Shown here piece by piece: positions 37,054 through 50,210 of a stretch of DNA of 64,000 nt; the stretch's first letter is position 1, and each line of letters begins with the position of its first letter. The stretch covers positions 1,003,443-1,067,442 of the forward strand of contig NW_027192191.1 of assembly GCF_041956535.1 (NCBI RefSeq), written 5' to 3'. The notes below the pieces were generated by a model. That model had not been told where the DNA came from. It saw only the letters and a list, made by a program, of their open reading frames with translations, and did not search any database. This DNA is from Calcarisporiella thermophila CBS 279.70. Its lineage: Eukaryota; Fungi; Calcarisporiellomycota. The position numbers and the translations under genes are program-made.

Positions 37054-37689
37054 GGAGTTTGATCAGACATGGCGTATTTAGATTTTGGAAAATCAGAACT
37101 CTCTGCATCAGCATTATTATTTCTTTAAAAAAATACATTATCAAGAATATATATACTCGAAATCATTTTTACGCTTCTTTGCTTTACATTTTTGGATTCG
37201 TTACAAATTATTGGTAGATAGGAGGTAAAGAGAGCGTGGGGTCAAAGAAGAAAAAATGGATTCAGGTAATCAAAATTTACACTGGAACCTAAGGGGGATA
37301 TGGTTGAAGCTGGGAATGCCACCCCGCTCCCTTGGAGGTCTCCTTGACTTGCATTTCTTCATACATTTTATGGGAAAAATTCCTGGCCAGGATAAAGGTT
37401 CGGGAAAAACGATTGATTTCCTTAGAGAAGTAAATTTTAATTGCTGGTCAGCCAAAACCTTTCCTCCTTTGAGGTTCTTCTCTACCCTCAAACACTGTTG
37501 CAAACCTCTCTATCCTACTTAACTAAGTACCAGGGAGTTTAAGAGCGGATAAAAATGCCGCTAGCAAAACTGAATAGATTATAGGGATTTAGAGTAGGAC
37601 CTGAAGTAAGCATCATGCTAAGAATTTGGTTATGTATTAAATATAATTAATAAATTAAAGTAAATATGGAGGTAAATATTAAGTATTAG

Positions 37690-37843
37690 TATTTTATTAA
37701 GGTAAGTTAGTAAATAAAGAAAAACCTATAGAGGAAGTGATAAGTTTTGGTGGTGGTTTATGGAAAGCAACTACAAGTGCTTGTGAATCGGTTAAACTAA
37801 AAATGTGAGCTCTAAGATGCCCATCTTAGAGCTCACATTTTTA
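37690..37843. repeat. Second, diverged copy of the foldback left arm ending in a perfect 22-bp hairpin
   Basis: attttattaaggtaagttagtaaataaagaaaaacctatagaggaag… parallels 36758 onward. It ends in taaaaatgtgagctctaagatg-cc-catcttagagctcacattttta (37798-37843). Confidence 0.8.
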
Positions 37844-38221
37844 ATTATTAGTTCTAATTAATAAAGATTCACAGCTAAATGGTCTAACCAATCAAATTTT
37901 AAAATTCTTATTTCTATATCTCTGATTCTGTCTGATTCATTGTGGAAGCTCCCAAATGCTTTCCGAAGTAGCATCTCTTCCCCGCTTCATGCAGTGGACG
38001 CACCCCCACGCGTAAGCCCATTCGTTGAGTTATAGAACATGGGAATATATTTTCACCTCTTGTATCAAATCGGGAGGCCAATCTGGAAAATCATTTTGAA
38101 AGTAATAAGCACAAGCGAACATATTAATTCCAATAAGCAATACAATAAAAGTGTCAATTCAAATAATAAATTCTATACGAGGGGAGAGGGGAATAGGGCG
38201 GCAATGAAGACAATAAACATA

Positions 38222-41200
38222 TCATGACGACTCTGCTTTGCGGCCAATCATATCTAACAACACCTCCATCTCCCCGCTGCGCTCGCACATCGACCGGAAG
38301 ACGCCGCTCTCGTTGTGGATGAGCTCGCGGGGGGACCCCACCTCGACGATGTGGCCATGGTCCATCACAAAGACGCGATCGTAGTCAATGATGGTGCGCA
38401 GCCGATGAGCGATACAGATCAGCGTTGCGGCCGTGAACTCCTCGCGGATGGTGCGCTGGATGCGTGCATCCGTCTCATGGTCCACGGAGGCGGTTGCCTC
38501 GTCGAGGATGATAACGCGATTCTGTCGGAGAAGGGCTCGGGCCAAACCGACCAGCTGCAGGAAGAGAGGAGAGAAAGGTGGATGAGGGGACCCCTAAGCA
38601 ACTCTATTCTCGGGGAGGCTTACCTGGCGCTGACCCTGGGAGAGGTTCACTCCCTGTTCGGAGACCGGGCTCTCCAGGTTGGTGAAGGGATTGATGGCGC
38701 TGTCGTTGTCGGCCGCATCTTCCTCGGAGGTGGCACCGATCAGATGCACACGTCTTAGAGCGGTATAGAGGGCGGCGTCGGTATGCTCGCCAAAAGGATC
38801 CAGGTTGTTTCTCACCGTGCCCATGAAGAGAACAGGGTCCTGGGGAATGATGGTGAGGGAGGAGCGGAGATCGCGCAGGCCTATCTTGGAAATGTCGATC
38901 CCATCGATACAAATGCTGCCCTCGAACTCCATGAAGCGGAAGAAGGCGCTGGCGAGGGTTGACTAGTAGAGTAGGGGGAGAAGGGAAAGGGGTTAGGGAT
39001 CGAGAAAAATACCAAAAATATGAGAGAGAGAGAGAGCACGCGTGTATGCACGCGTGTGAATGAAAGGGAGGGGGTGAGACTTACTTTTCCGGCCCCCGTC
39101 CTTCCCACTACCGCGACCTTTTCCCCGCCTTCGATCCGGAACGTCAGCCCTCGGAGCACGGGGGGGTTCTCGGGCGCATATCGCAGGACAAGATCCTTCA
39201 CCACCACTTCTCCACGGTGGGGCCAATCAGCCGGCGGCCGGTTCCCCTCGACGACGGCCGCAGGCTCCTGCTCAATGCTCAGATACTCCTCCAGCCGCTC
39301 GCACGAGTTCATGTTAATCTCGTTTTGACTGTAGAAGCGCATCAACCACAAGGCGTGGTCGGTGAAGGTGATGGAGTAGGAGAGCGACAGGCCAGCTAGA
39401 CCGGGGTCGAAGCTGTCAAAGCCGAAGAGGATCACGATGGCGGCGATGAAGGCGATGGCAGCGCCAAGGATGTCGGTGCGGATCGAAAGCCAACGATTCG
39501 CCGCCCACAGATAGAAGAAGGGGCGGTTGGTGGCGTCGATGCGGTTCAGGTTCTCCGCACGGAAGCGGTGCTCCATCCCGTAGGCGCGGATGGTGGTGAC
39601 GCCCATGAGAGTCTCGCCAAAATGCGAGAATATGGGGGACCTCGTCACCGACTCGATCCGCTTCAGCTCGCGAGACGTGCGCAAGTAGTACATGCACACC
39701 ATCACATAGCTGAACAGGATTCCGAGGGCGAAAATCAGGAAGCTGGGTGTGATCGTGATGATAACCGCGAGGACGGTGATGCAGGCAGCGATCTCGACCA
39801 GGAAGATGCCGATGCCATTCATGACCTCCTGATCAATCGTCTGCATATCTTTCGAGAAACGATTTACTATGCGGCCAATGGGAGTGGTGTCGAAAAATCG
39901 CAGCGGGGCGTTCATGACACGGACAAGGAGTCGGTGGTGCAGGATGCGTGAGGCGTAGACCGCGCCCCAAGCTAGTAGGATGTAGCGGATGGTATAGAGC
40001 GAGATGGACATCAGGGAGATGCCGACTAAATTTGAAAGAGAAGAAACAGAGAGTGAGCATGATATGAACGATACTCCCAAGGCATCGAAGAGACGGTGTT
40101 ACTCACGATACACTTTGAGATAGTAGTCCACATCCACCTCCTGGTCCGCGATATTGGACACATGCGCATCGGAGGAGCCGTAGTCACCAAGATAGGCCGA
40201 CGCTTTTGCTGTCCAATCGGGCTCTACCCCAAAGTACATGGCGGGCGGAATCACAAAAGCCAGAGTGGACAAGGTGTTGACGAAGGCTTGGCCGACGGGC
40301 GAGTTATAGGCCTGGGCCCACAGTTTCAACCAATAGTCCTGGGCGAAATAGCATACCTGAGTGAAGGCCAGGAGCGAGAGCATAAAGACCCAAAATCCTG
40401 GACCCCCAACGGCTCTAAAGTAGTTGACATAGACCGACCACTTCACCTTCCCTTTGGCCCTCTCCTCCTCTTGAATCAGGCGCCCGTTACCCGTCTTGGT
40501 ATCCACGTTCGTGTTGACCGAGGTGGTGGACGAGGATGCCGTATGGGCAGCTTGCACGTCCTTCCCTTTCATTTGCTGCTTTTCGAGTTGATCCTGCTGA
40601 GCGGCGTCCTTTCCTCCAGCCAAAATTTCTTCCGCGGTGACCTCGTCGGGCGTCGGCACGGAGTCCTCCTCCAAATTCTGCCGTTCCAGGAGAATATCCT
40701 CGCTTAAGACACCGGCATCCAAGAGTTCCTCAGCGGTGCCATTGGCAACGACTCTACCATTATTGACGACGACGATCTTCCTGGCTCCGGGAAGACACAG
40801 CCCGACCGCGTGGGTCACGAGAATGCAGGTGCGTCCTTTCATCAGCTCACCCTGAAGGCAGTTCTCGTAAATCCACTTGGCGGTATGCGCATCCACGGCC
40901 GACAGACAATCGTCCATGAGGACATGACCCGCGCGAGAGTACACGGCGCGAGCGAGAGAAACCCGCTGTTTCTGGCCACCCGAGAGGGTGATGCCCTTCT
41001 CGCCAATCTCAGTTTGATCACCCGCTTCCAGAATTTCGAGATCACGCTTCAAAGCACAAGCCTCGACCACTCGATCATAGCGGTCCTGCTCGAACGGCTG
41101 ACCAAAGAGAATGTTATCCCTACCGTTCCATCGGAGCAGTTGCAATTAGTATTGGCTCGGCTAACCAAGAGAGAGATCATAGATTACCTTATCGTGGAAT

Positions 41201-44137
41201 TCTGAAGCCATGCCGATTGGGCGACGTAGGCGATTCCGCTATGATACCCGGGACTCATCTTGGGATGAGGAGGGGTGCTCTTGTCTGGCAAGAAGGTCTC
41301 CCCCTTGACCACGTTCATTTCTCCCAACAGGGCCATGATCAAGCTCGTTTTTCCTGCACCCGTCGGCCCAATCACAAGCGTTAGCTCTCCAACGGGGAAC
41401 TCGATGTTCAAATCCCGCAGTTCAAACAACCCCTTTGCTCCGCTGGGGCTGGCGGCGATCTCCTTGTCGCCTCCCCATCGGAAAGTTGCATCTCTAAATC
41501 CAATCGCAGGATCTTTAGCCAGATCTAAGGGGCGGCGCAATTGCCGGTATTTCTCGGTCTCCTCCTCTTGTAGAAATCCGTTCACACGATCGAGGGAGAC
41601 CTTTGCGCGAACAATGTCGGCAACAACCGAAGGCAACATATTGAGGGGATCACGAAGCATGTTGAAAAGAGCCAACGCGGTAAAGAGCGTGCTGGCGGTG
41701 AGTTCGTGACCGGCAATCTTCGTGTAACAAAGGAAGGTGGAGAGAGTGACGAAGGCCGGAGTGCCCCAGTAGAGCGCCTCCCAAAATGCGAAGATGCGGA
41801 GGCGGACATACTATTGGGCAAGCAAATCAGAATCCGTTAGAGTTAAGATTCGTATGAAGCCTCTATGGGCGCTGGAGGTCGACTGACCAGCTGGGTGATC
41901 TCGGCTTGACGGGTCGCTTCGACACGCTCCATAAACTGCGACTCCCATGCAAAAAACTTAATGGTACGAATTCCTTGGAGAAGCTCGTTCATCAGGCTAG
42001 AATAAACAAAAAACACCATGAGATAGGGACAACATCGACTTCAAAATGCTCCCGCTCACTTGAGACGTTTATCTGCAGCCTTTAGCAAAGCGTTCTCCAT
42101 GTTCTGATACAGCACCGTCGAGTAGTAATTAATGGGCATGAGCAAAAAGAGGACAAGAACGCCCGCCAGGGCCGACCACCCTAGAAGCTTGTACAGGAAC
42201 ACCACAATGACGACAATGAGGATGGGAATTTCATAGACCGTGTGCCTGAAACAATCATAGAGACATGCCAATGTAAGGACCCTAATACACCACCAAGGCT
42301 ATTCGTTTTTTACTTACAGGTATGAGCAGATTTCGGATATCGAGAAGGAGTCTACAGACATCATGTTCACAATCATCCCATGGGTTGCTTTATCCTCCTC
42401 CTCTTCTTGCGGCCGACCCACGTTCTTTGAGGAGGTGGCTCCTTGACCATCTCCTTGCCGCGATGCAATGGAGGGTGCGGCGCTATTTTGCATGGAACCT
42501 GCCAAATCCCTGCGCCTCAAAGCCTTGTCGTATATCTCGCTAACGATCACGGCCCGCAACCGGATACAAATGCGGCGACCAATGAAGAGGGCTTGGGATT
42601 GGGCCATGGAGCTAAAACACATAGAAGCCAAGAGGCCAACTGCGCACCAGAATGCAAACTCGGGGGTGTTCGATTTACGATTCTCGAGGTAAAACAAGAT
42701 CTGTTTCAAAAAATAGGGCCCCACCGCCTTAACGGTGGAGTTGGTGAACGACCAGAACACTTGGCTTGAAAGCTGCGGCCAGAAGTGGACCAAAATAGTA
42801 GTGGTAAGCGATTTCCTCCTCCTACGTTTTCACGAGAGGGTGAGTGAGCTTATTTAAATAGTCGCTGCTAGGCCACACTTACTTAATGTGCTTGAAGCTC
42901 TTGCTAACTGGTTTGGCCTTGTCGTCGGACCCTGTCAATAAAGAAAAAGGAATCCGTCAATTATCAATTCGAAAGTGGTTTTTAAAGTAATCCATACGCA
43001 AATCCCACACGTCCTTCTCATCGAGAGGTTTTTTCATTCCTAGAGAAAGCATGGGGTTAAGCCAGCTGAAAAGCATTCGAGATGAGATCGAAACAATGGC
43101 TTCTGGGTTAGGAGGGCGGCCCTAGAAGAGAAAGGCATGCAATAGAGATGAGCATTACAAGAACAACCACAGAGAGCTCTGGAAAAAGCCTACCAAAGGA
43201 CTTTTAGGGAGCTGGCGATCCGATTTTTGGGAGGTGAATGCCAGGTAGGCTAGGATGCACGAGAATGCAAAATTAAAGCCAGCCAGGACTAGCTCAGGCT
43301 GAGTGGTTGGGTGATAGGCAAGAGAGCGGAGACGTAGATAGGCAATAGGGAAGTAGAGCAGGAAAAGGCCAGAGAGCGCAGGCGAAAAAGAGATGATCCA
43401 GCGCTGAGAACGGAACATGTGGAATATCGATGCAACGGTTGCAAAAGACTTTGAAGAAAATGGAGGTGTTAATAGAATGATTTGCCATGTTAACAAGAGC
43501 CACGACAGATACCCAAACGATAATCTCGGCTAGCGGACCAATCAATTTGTACTCTTGCTCGTGGGAGGTACTATCCCGACGAGTCAAGAAGAGGGCCAAG
43601 TTAATGGAGAGGACGCCAATAGATAGGAAGAACCTCAAGCTATCCCGGAACAAAGAGTAAGGCTTCGTAGCGGCAAAGCTTAGTCTTCTCGGCGCCTGCT
43701 GCGTGTTAGGCTCCTCTTGCACTTCATTTTCCTCTTCGCCCTCCTCCTCTTCGTCTTCCGCACTGACGATGGTGGAGGTTTGAGAATGGGTCTCATCAGT
43801 AGCAAGTGGCATGTAGCCAGCAGACGCGGGTGTACAGATTCCAAAACAACCACTAATCCATATCCACCGCAGTGTAATTACCAATATAGTTACGGCAATG
43901 TAAACGAGCGGAATTAAGCCTTCGATAATGCTGAAAAAAACAAAAGAATTTAGATTTACATTTGAAAATATCGAGAGCAGCCGATATATTCCAGTTGATA
44001 TGTGTCAATACATAACTATATCAAGGAAAGGCTTAAAAGGTAAAGAAAAAAAAAATAAACTCATCGTACCTCTCACGGAAACATGGGTCCAAATCGTGGT
44101 TACTCCAGAGTGGCTCTCTGGGTTTACACCAGTACAT
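38222..44137 (-). CDS. ABCC/MRP-family ABC transporter (Ycf1/Bpt1/Ybt1-like), multi-exon
   Basis: TMD0 (LDPCF), two TMDs, NBD1 [19 protein letters not shown]2 [25 protein letters not shown]. The junctions checked splice in frame. Confidence 0.93.
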
Positions 44138-44355
44138 TATCAACGAATTAAGAGCGGATTCTAGCGACGGAATGCTCACTGCGATAGTCTGTAGGGAGGG
44201 TGAACGAGATTGTTTACGGGAATTGGCCGAGGAGTTTCTATCTGCAAGGAACAAAGGTTGTCGAGGATTCTTTAAATCACAAATGTTTTGTCTAGTCTCT
44301 ATTTAGCTTTAGGCAAAAAAAAAACCTAAAGCTGAATCGATGTGACGAGCAAGCC

Positions 44356-44450
44356 TGAGTCACTTATATTGACCAGTCTTGGTGGTGGCAAATTCGCCTG
44401 AGAAAAAAAAAGCCATTATTGTCAACAAATGGAGGGTAAAATATGACTAA
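44356..44450. promoter_or_regulatory. Candidate stress-responsive sites upstream of the ABCC gene: TGAGTCA (44356), GGTGGCAAA (44384), TGACTAA (44444)
   Basis: Exact matches to bZIP (Gcn4/Yap) and Rpn4 PACE motifs 220-310 bp upstream of the ATG. Function is inferred from yeast. Confidence 0.35.
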
Positions 44451-44615
44451 ACATGAACAAAGTTAATGAGATATTACCATTCTAGCGGTTTCAAAATGGA
44501 AATATTTTCATTACATTAAGGGGCTGGAAAGATTTGAAATCCAAGCATGCAATGCAAAAGCTGCGTTAATCGGGGATCTTTATTTGTATGGGAAAACTTG
44601 GTTAGAAGTTTTGTA

Positions 44616-45768
44616 TTAGCCGGGCGGAAGCATGGTTGCGTCAATCTCTGCCTCCTCTTCTGTCTCTGCATGATCCTCCTGCGGCTCGTACCGCTCGTGT
44701 ACAGGAGACCGCGGCATGGCCATCACCCCACTTCGTGCGCACTCGATAATTCCAAACGGTCGCAGCAGCTTGATGAACGAATCCACTCGAGAGGATTTGG
44801 CGCACAGCTCGGCGATCAAGCTGTCTGATGATACATCGACAACGCGTCCATCGAAGAGCCTGGTCAGCTCGGTGATGGCGCGCAGGTGTGAGAAAGTCTG
44901 GTGAAGCACCTCGCTTGGAGCCTGCGTCTTCATCTCCTTCTCCCACTCGTGCTGCGACGCCATGTCGGGGTTCTCCTCTTGTGAGGAGGTAGGAAGGTGC
45001 TGGTCACCCATTTGCTCGTGGAGATACTCGGGCCCGAGAATAGATACCTTGATGAGCAGCAGTTCCTAGAGGAGAAAAACACGGCTTAGTCAGAGGCAAA
45101 TCCACGGCCCTGCAGTCCTATTCATGATCCTAACCCTCTCAACAAGTTTAGTGCGGCTGTAGTCCAGAACGGCCCACACGGGGACCAGATCCTCCAGCTG
45201 TCTCCGTGCCTGCTCCACTATCCCGCCCTTTCCGTTCAACACGATCGTCATCCTCGACAGCTGCTTCACCTCGGTGTTTGCAACCACCAAGCTGTCGATA
45301 TTGAAGCCTCTCGCGGCGAGAACCCCCGAAACACGGCTGAGCACGCCTGGTTCGTTCTCCACGAGACAGTTGAGGACATGGCGCGACTCAACTTCGGTTT
45401 GTGTCGGAGTATTGTAGAGGATGTTGTTGACAGCCTCTTCAGCAGAGGGTGTTTTAAGCCAACTATGTAGCGGGAGATGGCGCTTGCGACTTCGCCTAGC
45501 AGGGGTGTCTTGATTAAGGGAACAGGGGGAGATGGAGAATGCCCGGGAGAGGAGGGGAAGAGAAGTATGATGCTTAAGCCATGGCTTTGGGACAACCTGG
45601 TTATAAGAATCAAGAGCTCATGTAAGCTACGAGTGGAATCTTTTCCGAGGCGATTCAGAAGCGGAGAGACCATGCTTGCAGCATGTCCGCCTCGCCTCGG
45701 CATCTGAGAAGCAAAGAGCAGTATATTACCCATTGGCGGGGAATGCGTAGCGCGCTTGAAGTTAGCAT
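44616..45768 (-). CDS. ILV6: Acetolactate synthase regulatory (small) subunit, mitochondrial
   Basis: Presequence MLTSSALRIPRQW|VVPKP…, AVNNILYNTP, HVLNCLVENEPGVLSRVSGVLAARGFNIDSLVV (ACT domain), C-terminal TMLPPG. Confidence 0.95.
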
Positions 45769-46165
45769 GAAAGAGCAGAATGGAATAAGCAGCTGCTTAA
45801 GCTTTTCGACGCTTCTTATCTACCGGCACAGCAAATGCTTGTGTGTGCGGGGTGCGAAATAAAAGCCAACAAAAGAGATACACCATGAGCAACGATGAAA
45901 AACGATGAAATCAAATCCATAAATCGGCCAATCAGGGCGCTTGATCTCGGTTAGTCACGTGTAAACGCTTTCTTATCTGGGGACTGATTCGAATGAAATA
46001 AAAAGAGGGAGAAAGTATGAAAATCGAACAAAAAAAAATCCAAGACGCTTGTTTCTGTACTGTTTACATTCTAGCTTTGCTCTATCCCTACTCATTTCTT
46101 CCTCTCGAAAGACCCTTGTTTTCTACTCTATTATCTCCCACTTTGATTCAAACATCTCTTCCAAA
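45769..46165. promoter_or_regulatory. Bidirectional ILV6/ILV5 promoter (~400 bp) with TTAGTCA overlapping CACGTG, a CCAAT box and two CTTATC (GATA) sites
   Basis: TTAGTCACGTG at 45951-45961, CCAAT at 45928, CTTATC at ~45815 and ~45972. Confidence 0.5.
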
Positions 46166-47585
46166 ATGGCAGCATCTCGCTTTTTCCTTCGAGCTCTCTC
46201 TCGCAATGTCACCCGCCAGCCTTTTATTCGCCCTTCTTTTGCCGCCCTGGCAATGAACACTTCACGCACATATTCGCCTCGCATTATGGTGGGGTTTCCC
46301 TCGTCCCATCGATCCATTTCAGTTCAAGTCCTAATGGTGCTTTTATTTCTCTTTAGGCTGCCCCTATTCAATCTCAGGTTCGAGGCTACCGTACCCTTGA
46401 TTTTGGAGGCGAGAAAGAGACTGTTTACGAGCGGTCCGATGTCCCAAAGGACAAACTCCTAGAGACCTTCAAAAACGACACCTTTGCTGTGCTCGGCTAT
46501 GGTCCGCAGGGTCGAGGACAAAGCTTGAATATGCGTGACAATGGCCTCAATGTTGTTATCGGTCTGCGTCCTGGCCGCAGCTGGGACAAGGCCGTTGAGG
46601 ATGGTTGGACTCCCGGAAAGAACCTCTTCTCTATTGATGAGGCTTGTGCTAAGGGCACCGTGATTATGAACTTGCTCTCCGATGCCTCACAAAAGACGCT
46701 CTGGGGTGATGTGAGCAAACATCTCACCAAGGGCAAAACTCTCTACTTCTCGCACGGATTCTCGGTCATTTATCACAAGGATACCGGCGTTGTGCCACCA
46801 AAGGATATCGACGTGATTCTCGTTGCTCCCAAAGGGTATTGTCACGCCCTCTATTTGTTGGGGCTAACTGGATCCATGGACTGATCGGTTTCTGTTCTTG
46901 ATATATAGATCTGGGCTGACGGTGCGAACCCTCTTCCAGAATGGCCGTGGCATTAACTCGTCCTTTGCCGTGTATCAAGATGCCTCTGGAAAGGCCAAGG
47001 AACGCGCTATTGCCCTTGGCGTCGGAATTGGCTCTGGATACTTGTACGAGACCACATTTGAAAAGGAGGTGTATTCGGACCTGTATGGTGAGCGCGGTGT
47101 GCTCATGGGCGCCATCCAGGGTCTCTTCCTAGCACAATACGAAGTTCTAAGAGAGAATGGTATAGTCCCCCCCCCCCCTGTGATGTACTCCCCTTGGCTG
47201 AACCTGTTGTATAACCTCTGGTATTTGGTTAGGTCACTCTGCTAGCGAGGCTTTCAATGAATGTGTTGAAGAAGCCACCCAGTCCCTCTACCCTCTCATC
47301 GGCGAAAACGGAATGGATTGGATGTACAGCAACTGCTCTACAACAGCCCAGCGTGGTGCTCTTGATTGGTACCCACGCTTCCACAAGGCCAACAAGCCTC
47401 TCTTTAGGGAGCTGTACGAAAAAGTCAAGGACGGCTCGGAAGCCCGTCGCTCGCTCGAGAAGAACTCCACCCCCACTTATCGCGAGGAGCTCGAGGAGGA
47501 GCTGCGCCAGATCCGCGAGTCGGAGATCTGGAGAGCAGGAAAGACGGTGCGCTCTCTCCGTCCGGAGAACCAGCCCATCAACTAA
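46166..47585 (+). CDS. ILV5: Ketol-acid reductoisomerase, mitochondrial
   Basis: Arg/Ser-rich presequence, LGYGPQGRGQSLNMRDNG, LYFSHGFS, VAPKG|SG, SDLYGERGVLMG, GMDWMYSNCSTTAQRGALDW, VRSLRPEN. Confidence 0.96.
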
Positions 47586-47935
47586 GCGTGGGGCGTCTCC
47601 GTGCAAGGGTTCAAAAATTCATTTAAAATGTTGGAAATTTTCATGTCATCCATGCTTGTTTATCATAATAAAGAAAGGTTCGTTACGAAAGTGAGCACGC
47701 CTATATTGCCACATGAATATCCTTGACTGAAAGCAAACGGGTCTTCTTTTATGAAAAGAAAAAAATGGAGAGAAAACAAAAAAAGTCTAGGGGTCGGGAA
47801 TGAGGAGAGGATGGAGGATAAGGGAGTTAACTATTAGCTCTTTCTTTACTAGTAAACCAAAAACAGGAGATAAAATTCTAAACGAGAAATATATGTAATT
47901 TATATATGTATATATATAAGAAGAGGTCACTGGCT

Positions 47936-48048
47936 TCAAATCGACGTTTTGCTGAGGCGTTCAGCGAGGTCATCGAATATCTCCTTGATATCTTCAGGTC
48001 TCTTGCCTTGTTTTGGTAGGGCTCCCTCCTTTTCTTCCTCCTCCTCCT

Positions 48049-48087
<39 letters not shown>

Positions 48088-50210
48088 CTACTACTACTAC
48101 TACTACTACTACTANNNNNNNNNNNNNNNNNNNNNNNNNNNNNNNNNNNNNNNNNNNNNNNNNNNNNNNNNNNNNNNNNNNNNNNNNNNNNNNNNNNNNN
48201 NNNNNNNNNNNNNNNNNNNNNNNNNNNNNNNNNNNNNNNNNNNNNNNNNNNNNNNNNNNNNNNNNNNNNNNNNNNNNNNNNNNNNNNNNNNNNNNNNNNN
48301 NNNNNNNNNNNNNNNNNNNNNNNNNNNNNNNNNNNNNNNNNNNNNNNNNNNNNNNNNNNNNNNNNNNNNNNNNNNNNNNNNNNNNNNNNNNNNNNNNNNN
48401 NNNNNNNNNNNNNNNNNNNNNNNNNNNNNNNNNNNNNNNNNNNNNNNNNNNNNNNNNNNNNNNNNNNNNNNNNNNNNNNNNNNNNNNNNNNNNNNNNNNN
48501 NNNNNNNNNNNNNNNNNNNNNNNNNNNNNNNNNNNNNNNNNNNNNNNNNNNNNNNNNNNNNNNNNNNNNNNNNNNNNNNNNNNNNNNNNNNNNNNNNNNN
48601 NNNNNNNNNNNNNNNNNNNNNNNNNNNNNNNNNNNNNNNNNNNNNNNNNNNNNNNNNNNNNNNNNNNNNNNNNNNNNNNNNNNNNNNNNNNNNNNNNNNN
48701 NNNNNNNNNNNNNNNNNNNNNNNNNNNNNNNNNNNNNNNNNNNNNNNNNNNNNNNNNNNNNNNNNNNNNNNNNNNNNNNNNNNNNNNNNNNNNNNNNNNN
48801 NNNNNNNNNNNNNNNNNNNNNNNNNNNNNNNNNNNNNNNNNNNNNNNNNNNNNNNNNNNNNNNNNNNNNNNNNNNNNNNNNNNNNNNNNNNNNNNCTCCC
48901 TCCTTTTCTTCCTCCTCCTCCTCCTCTTCCTTCTCCTCCTCCTCTTCTTCTTCCTCTTCATCTTCGTCCTAAAGTATAAATAACTCATTAATCACAAGAG
49001 TCAAACGGAAAGCTACGTATCAGACAATAAACAAACCTCTTCTTCCTCAATGTCCATATCATCAAGTTCATCGAGGGCATCGCCATGTCCATGTTTTTCA
49101 AGGGCTTCGATCACGGCAAGGATCGACTTGTGCTCCGGCTCAAAACAGTTCCCGTTCAATTCAAGCGATGTGAGCTCCACCAAATGCAGACGGATAGCCT
49201 CCGCAATGACCGCTACCGCATCAGCCTTGATCTCGTTATAGGAGAGATTCATGTGCGCGAGAGCTGCGTTCCTTCCTTTTGCGAGAGCCTGCGCAATGGC
49301 GAGACCACCGGGGGCAGAGAGTAGACAATCGCCGAGATTCAATTTTCGCAGGCGGGGCCAGCTTGGGAGTGCTTCCGCAATGGCTTGAGAACCGATTTCA
49401 GTGCAAGTATTGTCTTGGAAGTCGAGCACTTCAAGCTCTGTGCACTTGGCAAGTCCACGAGCCAAGTTACTGATACCCTCGGGGCGGATACCATTCTGCG
49501 GCATGACCACCTCAACTAGAGTGCCATGTGCGGCAAAAGCATCGGCCAGGAGCTGGCTTGATCCGTTCTCCAGACGGTTGCGGCCACAAACAATGGTGCG
49601 CAGAGATGACCGCCTTCCCTCAGACGCATTTTTTTCCGCGGCAGCAAGAAGAGCACGAGCAATCATGGTTCCACCGCCAACGCCGAGACCGTTGTTATTC
49701 AGCCGTAGTGTTTGAAGTGAGCGCTGGTTGGTGAGGAAATCGACGAGAGGCTCTGCTCCAGCGGGACCAAAGGCGTTATCGCTCAGATTGAGCTCGACGA
49801 GGTGCTCTTTGTCCACCAGTGCGTCACAGATAGCCTTGAGTGCTGGAGGAATCTCTTCACGGAGACGGCCAGTGAAAACATCAGACAAGTTCACCACCTG
49901 CGTTACTAAGAAGCAGTTAACATTAGCCAGGTTTGGCAGATCATTTAGTCCCGTGTAGAAAATCTAGTCGGGGAACAAAATGCTCTTTATTCCAAATCAT
50001 TATTGAAACGTGGCCCACCTTGATGTGCTTTTTGTGCTTAAGAGCGCCTGCAAGCGCCTCGGCAGCCTCGACTCCAATGGTATTTCCACTCAAGCGGATC
50101 TCCTCCACATCCTGCTGCATCAGCTGTTCAACGAATTCACGCACGTCCTCCGCAGTATTGAGCTTGAGGCCGCGTCCCTCAAGACTGAATACAGTGTCAG
50201 ATGAACCCAT
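47936..50210 (-). CDS. RNA1: Ran GTPase-activating protein (LRR plus acidic tail). The last exon straddles the N-gap
   Basis: FSLEGRGLKLNT, LSGNTIGVEA, SDVFTGRLREEIP, SDNAFGP, CGRNRLENG, PQNGIRPEG, poly-E tail. Confidence 0.93.
48053..48895. other. (CT)n and (CTA)n microsatellite run-out plus a 781-N assembly gap (48115-48895), probably artefactual
   Basis: 48022-48055 is identical to 48896-48929. Confidence 0.8.

Noticed and set aside
47949-48988. ORFs of about 300-340 aa spanning the gap
   Set aside because: Artefacts of translating N runs.
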